Assembly (NCBI GenBank): GCA_025201805.1
Contig: MU619359.1
Coordinates: 31,210-95,209 of the forward strand
DNA: 64,000 bases
Direction of reading: 5' to 3'
Source of the DNA: Parasitella parasitica NRRL 2501
Lineage: Eukaryota; Fungi; Mucoromycota
In this document: in pieces, positions 25,031-36,125 of the stretch
Layout of the letters: every line of letters begins with the position of its first letter
Position numbering within the stretch: the first letter of the stretch is position 1
The notes under the pieces: generated by a model
What the model saw: only the letters and a program-made list of their open reading frames with translations
Database searches by the model: none
Told to the model about the DNA's origin: nothing
Program-made: the position numbers and the translations under genes

Positions 25031-27429
25031 TTAGTTTTCTTGGAGACGGTAAGAGCCGTGAGCAAAACTAAGTGGCACCAGTTTTTCCAAATCAGCAGTA
25101 GCTAAAACTTGCAAAGATCCAGCATCCAAAACAAGTAAGAATGAAGTCGATTTAGCTGAATCCATGACCACACTGATTAATACACCTTCATCTTCACCGA
25201 CTTCATCTTCGGGACCGATCGAGGGTCTTGGTACGAATACGGCTTCACTAGGATAGCAGAAATCTTGATGCCATGAAGCCACAATCTGTTTTGTGTCCAG
25301 ATTCTAAAAATAAAAATAAAAGTTGGCGTGTATTTAATCTGAATGGATCAGTATACTTACTGTCTTAACAATACTATCCCAAATTGCACCATCCTTTAAT
25401 GAACTCGTAGCTGAAAAGCCAAGACCATACATGATAGAGTGCTTGTACATGTTATATCTTGGATTGATTTGAGGTAGCTCGATAGGGGGTTGAACGCGCT
25501 TGTCATATGAGGCAATAGGCATCCATGAATACCATTTATTCGCAACAGAGTCTTGGTTATTGTACTCTATGTCATTGGCAGAAGGTGCCTGTTTCCTACC
25601 AAAAAGACCTATAATACGAGTAGTAACGCTATTCTTGGATGGTATCGATGAACTATTTGCCATATAAGAGATTTTCTCTTCCTCGATGTTGGCAAGTAGA
25701 TAGCGTCTCACTTCAGATGCCACCAATCGAGACGGTTGCATTGTAGAGGGATTACGTAAATACTCCGTTGTGAGCTGTCGAGCAATTGTGTCATCAGGGT
25801 AACAGATCATGTCTAAATATACATTATCACGATCATCCTCAAAAGCGTTGATGTGATTAAATACAAAACAAGGATCAGAGCGATAGGTGGCTATAACATC
25901 GCCTTTTTCACGAGAAATGACATAGAATAATGTAGGTTCTGAGGGTCTGAATGAGAAGGAATCCATGATACTTTCGTTCCAATTGTACTTGACACCGCCG
26001 GCATTAGCTAAAATAGGGCAAATTACCTATATTGAGATTTAATAGCTTTTCCAGATAAACAAAAAGACGAACTCCAACTTACAAAAATGATATATTTGGA
26101 CGTAATTGAAAAGGTATTGACATAGGCCATAGGTGCAGTAATAGAAGCAAGAAGAGATCCTTTTGGATTCCTTTCAGAGATCGAAAAGAAATTATACTTT
26201 ACTGATTGATAGCCCACTTCCATTAAGTAGTTGATGTATTCTCCAGTGCGAGAATCGTATTTGCCGTTAGGACAAGAGCTTGTGCCTTTGAATTTAGGGT
26301 TGAGTTCGTTCCATTGAAGTACACGAGTGGGCTTCAAATCAAAAGGATCCAGTTCTTGTACATGATTAGCATGATTCAGAGCAAATAATCTTCCCTCTAA
26401 ACCTGGAATGTTGGCTAAAATGCGAGCACTGCAGGGCTCAGCATCAGGCTTTTTCACTTTGGACGATCCAAGAACTTTTGACAGCACCGTTTGGTTGGTA
26501 TCCGACATGTAAAGCGCGCTGGGATGTTGAGGTGCATAGCCGTGGTGCTCTCTAATCTTTTCTACTAGTTTACGACTGGTCGATCTGTGTCTGTAGGTAA
26601 CTGAATTTCTGGAGCCATTCAAATCAAATCTATTCACCAAGGGAAGACTTTTTATACTCATAAAATTTAGCCAAATTTTCTTCAGTCGATCTCCCATATT
26701 GACTTACGCATCAAACCAATGTCCAAATGTATAGAATGCACTAGCATTCTGAAGTTCGCCGTCAACTTCAACCTTACGAGTATACTTGATATCAAACGTA
26801 GAAGGACCAATGGTAAAATGCTCTCCAATCAACCACTCTGGTAATTGACCTGTTACGTTCAAATCATCGATTTTATCACTATCTTGGAAGTTTTGAAATC
26901 CCTACATGGTATAAACATGAAACACGATGAGAAACTGGACAATCTTAATCAAAAAATAAAAGCAAGGAAAACAAACCTTTGTAGCTGAAGTATCTTTGTC
27001 CAAATCTTCTTGAATGATAGGCTCGTTTTGGTTATCTATGTCAAATACAGTAGTGGTGGCAACCGGAATTGGGCCCTCTGTTTCATTCTCTTGCAATAGA
27101 GCATTATCTTCTGGTTGAGCAGCCCAAGGATCGTTATTCTCATACTCTTCCAACGATAATGAAGCGAGTGGATGTTCCTTTTTATTACTATCCCAATCCT
27201 CCTCCTCCTCAGCAACAGCGGCAGCGGCAGCAACAGCAACAGCAGAAGTTGTTGTAGTGATAATTGCTTCATCTTGTTGTTGGTCTTTCTCGGGCTCGAC
27301 AGCGTGTTGACGAACATTACCTAACAAATCAGTCGCTTCTGGTTGAATACCAACCGGCTTGTTTTGAACAAGAGCTGTTTGTTCTTCTTCGCTTATATCA
27401 ATTAATGAGACTCTATTTGTATCAGACAT
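25031..27429 (-). CDS. Carotenoid oxygenase (RPE65/CCO)-family protein with acidic N-terminal extension and an incomplete Fe-binding His set
   Basis: VTGQLPEWLIG, TFGHWFD, ELDPFDL, FVFNHINAFED, IELPQINP, PSEAVFVPRP, EDEGVLISVV, FAHGSY. About 5 exons. Confidence 0.9.
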
Positions 27430-27546
27430 CTTGGGAAAAAAAAAAAAGGGAATAAGAAAGATTGAGAGGGCCAGAACAAAAATATGAAAGCCCAAAATCT
27501 GTAAGGGGGCTAAACCCAAAATATCCAACGACCGATTTTATTTATA

Positions 27547-28148
27547 TTATTGCATTTCTACTGACTTTTTCAAGGTTAAAAAGTGAAGATCTTTATCAAC
27601 CTTCAACATTTCAGGCCAAACAAAGGGGATGCGTTCACCTGTTTCTAAGAAACCAAGTTTCTTATACCAAGTCAATATTTCAGGTCTATTTTCTAATACA
27701 TGCATCATGGCAGTGTGATATCCAAGTCGAGGCATTTCTTGCATAGCTTGACGTACAAGCTTACCACCGATACCTCGAGATTGATGTGCAGGGCTGACAG
27801 AGAATAATCCAATTTCTGCTTCCCCAGGATGTTCAGGGGAATGTTGTATTTGAACCGTCCCAATAACTTGATCTTGGTCAAATGCAAACAAAAGTGTGTG
27901 AGGTTTACCGCTTTGAAGAATAAAATCTTGCATCATTTCAGCTGTACAACGTTCACCGCTGACAATATCTTTTTCCGTGGTCCAGCCCCCTATTTTTTCT
28001 GTGATTCAGTTGTCATGACAGTGAGATATGTCAATTTTCAGTACAAACCCTCTGAGCGGTAGGCAGCATTGACAACCTTGGCGGCTTCATTTTTGTATTT
28101 AACATCAGTAGTAACAACTGTACGAATATTAATGGTAGGTTGAACCAT
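27547..28148 (-). CDS. GNAT acetyltransferase, 2 exons
   Basis: VNAAYRSE|GGWTTE, FSVSPAHQSRGIGGKL (acetyl-CoA motif A), WYKKLGF. Confidence 0.92.
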
Positions 28149-28273
28149 ACTGATGATAAATCGACGACACAAAACAGCAGAAATAGAAAATAGAACAACG
28201 AAGAGGAAAAGATGAGATGAGTCTTGTAATTGGGTTTATTTTATTTTTTTCGCTAACATATAAATATAACCAA

Positions 28274-28819
28274 TTAGAGAATTGGATATCTCAAAACTGC
28301 CAATGGTGCTTCATCCACTATCAAAATATCACCATGGGGAAATGGGATCACTTCACCCTTATCCTGGAATCCCATACGAATGTACCAAGTGGTCAATTCA
28401 TGTCTAGATACAAACACATGCACTACAGCTTCCTTGATGGTAGGCATGTTTCCTTGAATATACTTCACCGACTCTCGGATAAGAAGACTCCCAACGCCGC
28501 GCGATTGATGAGTGGGACTGACCCCCAAACAATTTAAAATGGCCTCATTGCCTTGTATTAGAATATGAACGACACCTACTATTTGGTTCCCATCAAATGC
28601 GCATAAAAGTACATTGGGCTCATTGCATTTGAAATCAAATTCTGTTTCACCGCCTACAGGAATACGGTCAACATTTACAAATGCTCGATCATTTGTCCAA
28701 CTGGCATCAGATCGGAACGATACATTGATGATTTCATAAATTGTGTGTTTAAGTTCTTGATATTGTGATGGTTGAACAGCTTCGACTGTAATTTTTAAAG
28801 CATTATTAGCATTGTCCAT
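28274..28819 (-). CDS. GNAT acetyltransferase paralogue, intronless
   Basis: INVSFRSDASWT, GVSPTHQSRGVGSLL, WYIRMGF. Confidence 0.92.
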   Translation of the reverse strand: MDNANNALKITVEAVQPSQYQELKHTIYEIINVSFRSDASWTNDRAFVNVDRIPVGGETEFDFKCNEPNVLLCAFDGNQIVGVVHILIQGNEAILNCLGVSPTHQSRGVGSLLIRESVKYIQGNMPTIKEAVVHVFVSRHELTTWYIRMGFQDKGEVIPFPHGDILIVDEAPLAVLRYPIL

Positions 28820-28958
28820 TTCATTTGTTTCCAGTTGTAAAAAGAAAAAAAGAAAGGAAGGTTTTTTTCCTTGTATAATTTACACTTCATTTATAATAAG
28901 CGCTATCTGTACAATTCGTCATACGGAATCAAGTTCAGTCAATTACAAATGAATCACA

Positions 28959-29184
28959 GTACATTATATTTTCAATTTCGGGCAAGAAGTATGTTTGGGT
29001 ACTATTTTGCCTCTTTTTGCATTGCCTTGATTGAAGAGAGAGAGAAAGAGAGAAAGATAGGCAATAGGTATTTATTTATATTTTACTAATTATTATAAGG
29101 TGAATCTGGACAAAGAGGTGAACTACAAACATATATATCATCTGCTTCGGAAACACGAGAAGACAACTTTACCTTGACATTGTC
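28959..29184. repeat. Left arm of 226-bp inverted repeat
   Basis: Reverse complement of 31029-31254 with about 2 mismatches seen. Confidence 0.95.
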
Positions 29185-30290
29185 TGCCAACAAACGAACT
29201 AATCTTCTAACTTTTTCATAGCCATTAAGGCCTTCCTCCATAAGCCGTTTGTTTTTTTCATGGGATTTCTTGATCTTCTGCAATAATTCATGGGAATAGT
29301 CAATGCAAGTCTATTTTTATTTTAATTTTGATGTGAAATTAGTAAATAAATCTTGATAACTATAAGAATACGCTATTTTGTGTAACATCGCCAATAATCC
29401 ATATGCTGCTTTGACGTAGTCAGTTGTCTCACGTGTGATATCTTTTAAGCTAAATGGCCCTGTTGTCTCCAAGAGTGCAAGCTCCATATCAAAGCTCTTG
29501 TCAAGAATAATACCGTCTGCATTGCAATAATTCGAAGATAAAAGGCCACGACGCACCAATTCAAATTTATTACTTGAAGGCGAGTTTCACCTGGAATAAA
29601 CTTGCAATATAGTGTAAACATTTTGACAGTATCCATAAATCTCCAAATTACTTTATGATTGTAGATTGACTCTTGTTCCGCTATTTCAGGCGATGTGTAA
29701 ACTTGTGTGACACTTGGTGAAAAGAATAAGATTAATACATGTACCTAAAAGTTAAAAGAACCACAACTTACAATATCATAAAAAATTCGTAACGAAATGT
29801 AAGAGTAGGATCTTTTGTAGTTTTAACACATAAAGCATTTCTCAACAGCAAAGTGTGACATTTATCAATATCATTATTCTATCTCAAAAATGTTAATCGT
29901 TGGTAGAAGCACAGTTTTTTTTTACCAGCTTACCAAAGAGTCAATCCATTCCTTATAGTTACTGTTAAATTTTGAAAAAACGTCTGGCTTGCTTCCTTTC
30001 AATAGCTTATTAGTAGCTTGTGCTAATTCTTTTGGGTAAGTTGCTCGACTTTGGGTACTGCCTATATCTTCGCCAACTTGAACGATACCCAAATACTCTA
30101 AGCTAAAAAACAATTAGCATAATTTATTATCATGATGACTTTTAACTCACCTATAATGGTTGATGTCTAAACCATCAACCTCCCCTTGAAAAAACATGCC
30201 AAGAAAGTCAGTCCAGATTGACCAGATATTTCTTATTGTAGTCGATGATGCTTCAGAATCAGGTAAGCGAGTGGGTGATTTTTTTCATTT
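29086..30290 (-). pseudogene. Disrupted gene with a PD-(D/E)XK restriction-endonuclease-like motif (repeat-associated Mucorales family)
   Basis: Fragments ADGIILDKSFDMELALLETTGP...DYVKAAYGL (DG-x-E-x4-E pattern). Intron remnants, frameshifts and stops. Confidence 0.6.
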
Positions 30291-30369
30291 TATTGGCCTT
30301 AAAAATTCAGATAGATTACTTGATACGGTAGAAATAAACTATTGACGATAAATTTTACTTACGTCTCCC

Positions 30370-30765
30370 GCCAAAACTTTTGGTCTGGCGCGAGATGTTC
30401 CACACCTACATCAGCCCTTCCTTACTATCGGATGAGGATCTTATTCATTCATTACACCAGCTCTTACACTGATCCCCTATTCCTCAGGCTATAGAAGGTT
30501 CCTCCCTTCTTCCAGACCTTTCCTTACATCAACTTTTTGCGCGCACCTTGGTCACTATTTGGCAGGCTCACTGGCGCTGGATTTGCGGCCAAACACCGTT
30601 CCTCTCGACTTCATTAACACATTGCCTTACTCGTACTTTGAATCGCCTGGATGCTGAACTAAAACTAAATTTGTAAGTATATCGTTACTAGCCGTTTGAT
30701 TTCGCTACGCTCGATGACGGCGTCGCCCTGCGGGAAGATATAATTTACACTATAATAAAAATTTA
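30370..30765 (+). mobile_element. 3' end of a non-LTR (LINE) retrotransposon
   Basis: TLVTIWQAHWRWICGQTPF (C-terminal IW..HW..IF motif after zf-RVT), then a stop, a GC-rich 3' UTR and AATAAAA. Confidence 0.6.
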
Positions 30766-30862
30766 GTTAAATCAAGCAATCAAGCATTGATAATGGAGAA
30801 GTTTACAGAATAGTCAGGGGGAGGTATCCCCCTTGAACTTCCCACCCCACCCCCCTCTACTG

Positions 30863-31028
30863 GATATTCGCCTCTAGGGAAAAGCAAGACGTAATGAAGA
30901 GGCATGTGGGCAGCATGCGTTTCATTAATTCTTTTGAAAAGATCTTGAGCACCGGATGAGGAGCTATTTCGATATGCAATCAAAATATCTCTGAAACTCC
31001 TGTCAGCATATTCGTTGGCAATCTCGTT
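30863..31028 (-). mobile_element. Helitron Rep/helicase fragment
   Basis: NEIA...RDILIAYR...KRINETHAAHMPLHYVLLFPRGEY matches the Helitron RDI...H..Y.PL.YPLLFP.GE motif. Confidence 0.8.
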
Positions 31029-31254
31029 GACAATGTCGAGGTAAAGTTGTCTTCTCGTGTTTCCGAAGCAGATGATATATATGTTTGTAATTCACCTCTT
31101 TGTCCAGATTCACCTTATAATAATTAGTAAAATATAAATAAATACCTATTGCCTATCTTTCTCTCTTTCTCTCTCTCTTCAATCAAGGCAATGCAAAAAG
31201 AGGCAAAATAGTACCCAAACATACTTCTTGCCCGAAATTGAAAATATAATGTAC
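31029..31254. repeat. Right arm of 226-bp inverted repeat
   Basis: Reverse complement of 28959-29184. Confidence 0.95.
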
Positions 31255-31279
31255 GTATATTGGATATGCTCCAGACGCT

Positions 31280-31785
31280 ATATGCTTACTTAATTAAACT
31301 AATGCATTTTGACTTAACGTAGGCTTATTCGACTAATATTTGCTTATCTGACTAAACTTATGGGTAATTAAATTAAACTTACGCTTATTTAACTAAATTT
31401 ATGCTTATTTACCAGACTTACGCTTAATTAACTAAACTTATGTTTATTTGGCAAAACTAATGCCTATTTGACTGACGAATGCTTATTGAATAAGCTTATG
31501 CTTATTTAACTAAACTTATGCTTATTTGACTAGACAAATGCTTATTTATCAGACTTAATCAATTAAACTTATGTTTGTTCGACAAAACATATAATTTTTC
31601 GACTAAGTTTATGCTTATTTAACTAGACTTACGCTTATTTACCAGACTTATGCTTCTTTGACTAACTTGAGAGTATTTGACAAAACTTACGCTTGTTCGA
31701 CTAAACTTATAATTTTTCGACTAAGCGTATGCTTATTTGGCTAAACTTATACTTATTTGACTAAACTTAAGCTTATTAACTACAC
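31280..31785. repeat. Minisatellite, about 20-bp unit (consensus TTATGCTTATTTRACTAAAC), about 25 diverged copies
   Basis: Periodic GCTTATTT / ACTAAACTTA units are directly visible. Confidence 0.9.
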
Positions 31786-32161
31786 TCATCATACTTGACC
31801 AGACCAGTACTAAACCGAAATCAAAAAAATTAACTTTAACTCATGCTTTATTAATGGCTTTGTAGCATCTGTAAAAATATATACTACGACGAATATGAGA
31901 TATATCACTATCTTTTTATTGAAACTTTTATGATGAATTAGCGGATCATCCTCTCCAACTCGTATAATCAATCACTCACGGACTTTTTATAATGCAATCA
32001 ATGAGGGATGACGTATAAACAAACCAAATGGGTCAAACTGTAAATTTGTTTCTCCAGTCACCAAATTCACCCCCTGGTGTGTTTTTCAACAGCATTTTAT
32101 ATATTTCTATTCTTTCCTGTCCTTTTTAGTGCCCCACACTTTCTAAAACCAACTTTTAAAT

Positions 32162-32590
32162 ATGAGTGCCATTTTCCGTCGTGCCTACACCACCAAGACT
32201 CTTATTCCTCCTAATGTAGCTGCTGCTACTAGACTTTCTGGCTCTGCCAAGGATGGTCAAATATCTCAATTGGTCAGCTTCTACAAGGTTTGTTGCAAAC
32301 TCTTCGCTAAAATTTCGAGAAATTTATGAAAAAGAAAACATAGAAATTGCCCAAGGGTACCGCTGAAGCTCCCAAGCCCTCTGGTCCTTGGGGCCATTAT
32401 AAGGCTCGCTACATTGATGGTGACAACGCCTCTGTTACTCCCTTGATTCACCTCATCTTTGGTGTCTTTGCTATCGGTTATACTATCGATTATCACTTCC
32501 ATTTGAGTAAGTCGTCTTGTCTAATATGAATATACCAAGATACTGATATGATATTTTACAGAGCACCATAAGAACGTGGAACACCATTAA
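32162..32590 (+). CDS. ATP17: Mitochondrial ATP synthase subunit f, 3 exons
   Basis: LIPPNVA...LVSFYK|KLPKG...YKARYIDGDNASVTPLIH...GYTIDYHFHL|KHHK. Confidence 0.93.
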
Positions 32591-32847
32591 AGCGCTTTTT
32601 ATTTATTCTAGAAAGGAGCTGAACATTTCGAAGCAATAAAAAAACACATGAAATTATGTATTTACCTTGTATGCGATTACACTTATCAACAGAACTCGAG
32701 TTATTCGAAATAAATAAAAAATTGAAAAAAAAAGGATGAGAAACTCTTCTTTTTTTGGTTGCAATGTAGACGTTCATGTATTTTATTCATTCGAATCAAT
32801 ATTGTAAACGTCGTTAATTTGTATAAAGTCGTATTGTCTTCGTCGAT

Positions 32848-34089
32848 TTAAGCGTCATCAGAAGGGAACATAGCATTACCGTAGGCTATACTTTCCTTCA
32901 TAACACGCTTTGCTTTATCATTTAAATCTGACAGTGGAACAGTTGTTTCAAGATCTTTCTTAATCAGTCGATAACCAACTTCAGGGACCATAACTTGCTG
33001 TAAAAACTCCAAAGGTAACTGCAGTGAAACCAAATGATCATTTAAGTACCCTGTATCTAAATACGTTCTTGTTAGTGTCTTGAGAATAGCTGCAGCACCT
33101 TTTGGACCATAGTAACCGGGCAGAGTTGCAGTAAATCGATTCAATAAACTCATAGTGCTTCTTGCTTTTGTTTGGCCTTGCTCTTCGTATGCTTTTTCTG
33201 CTAGCTTGCGATAATCACTATCCACTCCTTTGCAAATGACTTCCTTAAGTTCTTTATCGAATGTTTTCATGGTCGATTCAATCTTTTCAAAATCGATTTC
33301 CCTTGGGTAGCCTTTCTTGATGCCCTGCGGCTTGATAACGAGTTCTAGTCTATGTAATTTGCAAAATTTATCTTTTTCTTCATTGGACACAGGTCTCTTG
33401 CTCTCAAAACCAACCGGTCTGCTAAACGAAGAAGATCCATTCATGTCGTCAAAATGTTGTTTCTGCTTTGTGGCGTATTCTTTGTCTTTTCCTTCTAGGG
33501 CCTTCAGTGCTTTGCTAATAGGCTTTGTGATTGGGAATAGAGACTCGCTACAGAATGGGCAAATTCTTTGGTCCTCTGTAATTTCACACTCGCCGTCTTC
33601 TATGGTCTTATCCCATGATTCTATAAGTATATCTAATTCTTTTGTATTTTCACCTGTCTTGTTCTTTTTGGCAGGGATTCTAAGCCCAGATGCAGCAAAA
33701 GGGTTTATTCTTTTCTTTGTATGAAGCTTCAAACCGTCAGTAGGTAAAGTTGCTGTGAGATTGTCGCTCTTGTTTGTGCTCCTCGTTGGTATAAGTTTCT
33801 TTCCGACAGTAGGTTTAAAGTGTTCTTCTGAATCTGACAATGGAGATAGTGGTGATGACGGAGATAGTGGTGACGATGACGACGATGGTGCTGGAGATAA
33901 TGATGTAGAGGAAGAGAGCCTAGATCTACGGTGTGGGTTGGCATTGACACTATACTCGATTTTTCTAGTTGGGGGTAATGTTATATTGTTGCGGCTACTA
34001 TCAAGGGCTCGAGCCAATTCCTTGGAGCTCTTTTTACAATTACTGAAGTGCTTCGTAGAAATACGCACCTTGCTAGTGTTTTTTTGCAT
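32848..34089 (-). CDS. RTC4-like domain protein
   Basis: CPFC...FCKLH, GYPREIDF, PGYYGPKG, QQVMVPEVGYRLIKKD. Disordered S-rich N-terminus. Confidence 0.82.
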   Translation of the reverse strand: MQKNTSKVRISTKHFSNCKKSSKELARALDSSRNNITLPPTRKIEYSVNANPHRRSRLSSSTSLSPAPSSSSSPLSPSSPLSPLSDSEEHFKPTVGKKLIPTRSTNKSDNLTATLPTDGLKLHTKKRINPFAASGLRIPAKKNKTGENTKELDILIESWDKTIEDGECEITEDQRICPFCSESLFPITKPISKALKALEGKDKEYATKQKQHFDDMNGSSSFSRPVGFESKRPVSNEEKDKFCKLHRLELVIKPQGIKKGYPREIDFEKIESTMKTFDKELKEVICKGVDSDYRKLAEKAYEEQGQTKARSTMSLLNRFTATLPGYYGPKGAAAILKTLTRTYLDTGYLNDHLVSLQLPLEFLQQVMVPEVGYRLIKKDLETTVPLSDLNDKAKRVMKESIAYGNAMFPSDDA

Positions 34090-34525
34090 TATATATGCTT
34101 TAAGAAAATACAGACAATAAAAGCACGTCTGTAGAACGTTTTGTAAATGTAAAATGAAAAAGCCACTAGAAGATTTTGCCTCGACAGTACGTCATTTATG
34201 TAATATTCAAGCCATTTCAGTTAGTTAGCTTTTGAAAGATCGAGGTTACATGTTTTTAAATATATTCCTAGCTCATGTTGATGATAAAACAGACTTCTAT
34301 TATGTATAGTTGTTGAAAAGCTGTGTTCAAAGGCAAAACCAAAATTTTACATTTTTTCAAATGGTTTATCAGAATTTCTTCAGGATGAAAAGTCAAAATA
34401 TCGCATCCCTCAGTTTCAGCTTTTTTGGCTAACATGCACATCAATGACGTAATCTCACTAGACAGATAAATATTGGTTAAATGTCCATCATTTTCATCTC
34501 TCTTCTTTATCATCCCTCGAATAAA

Positions 34526-35707
34526 ATGAAACCAGATACCATCGATAATCAGACACAAAAACCAGATACCATAGACTCAGCAATTGTCTCTTATGACAAG
34601 CCAAATACATACGACAATGACGATGAGAAAATACCCCAAAAAAGTACTATTACGCATTTACCCCAGGAAGTCATTGACGATTTAATCGTAAGGGCGGAAT
34701 TTGTGGATGGCAAAAGGCCAGCAATCAGAACAGACGATGACGATGAAGACGAAAACGAAGACGCAGACAAGGACGAAAAGCTGCTAAGTACTCGATTGAC
34801 CGCCTCTTTGATATCCTATGTACCTTCATCAACAACTGTGCTTAGCACATATTCATCTAGCCCCGTCGTGGCAGTAAGTCCCAGCGCATCCAGCGTCAGC
34901 AGCAATAGCAGTAATACAAGTAGCGCCACAAGTAGACTTGCTCTACTACAAATCCTAAAACAGAAGCCAATGGAGGAAATGCTGAATTATGATCTACGCA
35001 AAGTTTCCTTACTAAGACCTCAGGAGCACGATATTTATTTCAAGGGAACGAAAGTCCTTGCTTACAAAAAAGTGCAGCCTCACTCTTACTCTTGGGGCTT
35101 CCAAAATATATTATACCGCATAGCACTTAATACAAACGAAAGAATCAAGGTTGCAGAGGCGAGAAGAAGAGCATTCAGAAAGGAAATCACTATAGAGTGG
35201 GGGGATTTCCCTGTAATTTTGAATGAAAAGACATTTGAGCAAGAGCGGGAGGCAGAGGAAGAAGAGAACGATTTTGATGATGAGTCGATTGTGACAACTT
35301 CAGGGACGGTTGATACAATAACATCCAATCAGCTGCACAATCGTACAAACTCACACTTGTTATTTACATACGATACCGAGTATGAAGGGTATCGTGTTTG
35401 CTGGAAAAGAGCAAGTTTGCTATCACATGATATGGTGTGCCAACTTCGCCCAGATAAATGTTTGGAGGAAGGAGATGCTGCTAGTCAGAAATGGCGTGTT
35501 ATAGCAGAATTCGATAGTCACCGTATGGGTTATCTCATTCATTTGGGTGAACTGATTATTGATAAAAATGCCTTGAAATTGGTGAAGAGGCCGGATCACT
35601 TGGAAGCACATATCATTGTTACCTGCTGCACTTTGATTGATTTGATGAGGGAAGTCGTAGAAAAGGCAGTTGGGCTAAACAAAGGTGGCGTAGTTGGTAG
35701 TGATTAA
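34526..35707 (+). CDS. Hypothetical protein (acidic/S-rich N-terminus, possible tubby-C/LURP-one-like beta domain)
   Basis: Long intronless ORF with tandem KPDTID at the start. The fold call is inferred from the beta-strand pattern and terminal helix. Confidence 0.75.
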   Translation: MKPDTIDNQTQKPDTIDSAIVSYDKPNTYDNDDEKIPQKSTITHLPQEVIDDLIVRAEFVDGKRPAIRTDDDDEDENEDADKDEKLLSTRLTASLISYVPSSTTVLSTYSSSPVVAVSPSASSVSSNSSNTSSATSRLALLQILKQKPMEEMLNYDLRKVSLLRPQEHDIYFKGTKVLAYKKVQPHSYSWGFQNILYRIALNTNERIKVAEARRRAFRKEITIEWGDFPVILNEKTFEQEREAEEEENDFDDESIVTTSGTVDTITSNQLHNRTNSHLLFTYDTEYEGYRVCWKRASLLSHDMVCQLRPDKCLEEGDAASQKWRVIAEFDSHRMGYLIHLGELIIDKNALKLVKRPDHLEAHIIVTCCTLIDLMREVVEKAVGLNKGGVVGSD

Positions 35708-35910
35708 ACATCATTTATTCATAGAATACATAATAAAATCATTTTGCCGTGTAATGCATATTAGGTCGTTTTTCATGTATGCATATGCAAGGCGTCGAAT
35801 GACTTTTGGGTTGAATCAAGCGAATGTTTATTTATAAACATATGTGCTCATCATTAGTAGTAAAGACACGAATTTTTCTCAAGAAAAAGAAAACGGGGTT
35901 CAATCCTAGA

Positions 35911-36125
35911 TGATGTGTCAATTTCCCAACCGGAAGTCAAACTCAAGTAAACTCAATCCTGAACACAATTCAGGAACATATCCCAATGGATCATGTTCCT
36001 TATTTATAACTCAACATGACATGTTCATGGACAATAGATACAATTTATCGTTCCATTCTCTTAATCACACTATGTCTTCACACTTGTATCTTATCCTCCC
36101 ATCAGTCCACTTAATAAACACATCA
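35911..36125. repeat. Solo-LTR-like dispersed repeat, copy B
   Basis: Begins TGATGTG and ends CACATCA (7-bp terminal inverted repeat). Homologous to 8528-8661. No TSD seen. Confidence 0.7.

Noticed and set aside
31280-31785. CRISPR-like periodic array
   Set aside because: Units are contiguous, degenerate 20-mers with no unique spacers, in a eukaryotic context with no cas genes.
33317-34120. Long antisense ORFs here and over VAM7, SIN1, SDH2 and the 21-kb gene
   Set aside because: Shadows of real genes on the opposite strand.
35890-35910. GGGGTTCAATCC as a tRNA T-loop or primer-binding site
   Set aside because: One nt short of the B-box consensus, and no cloverleaf or A-box is visible.
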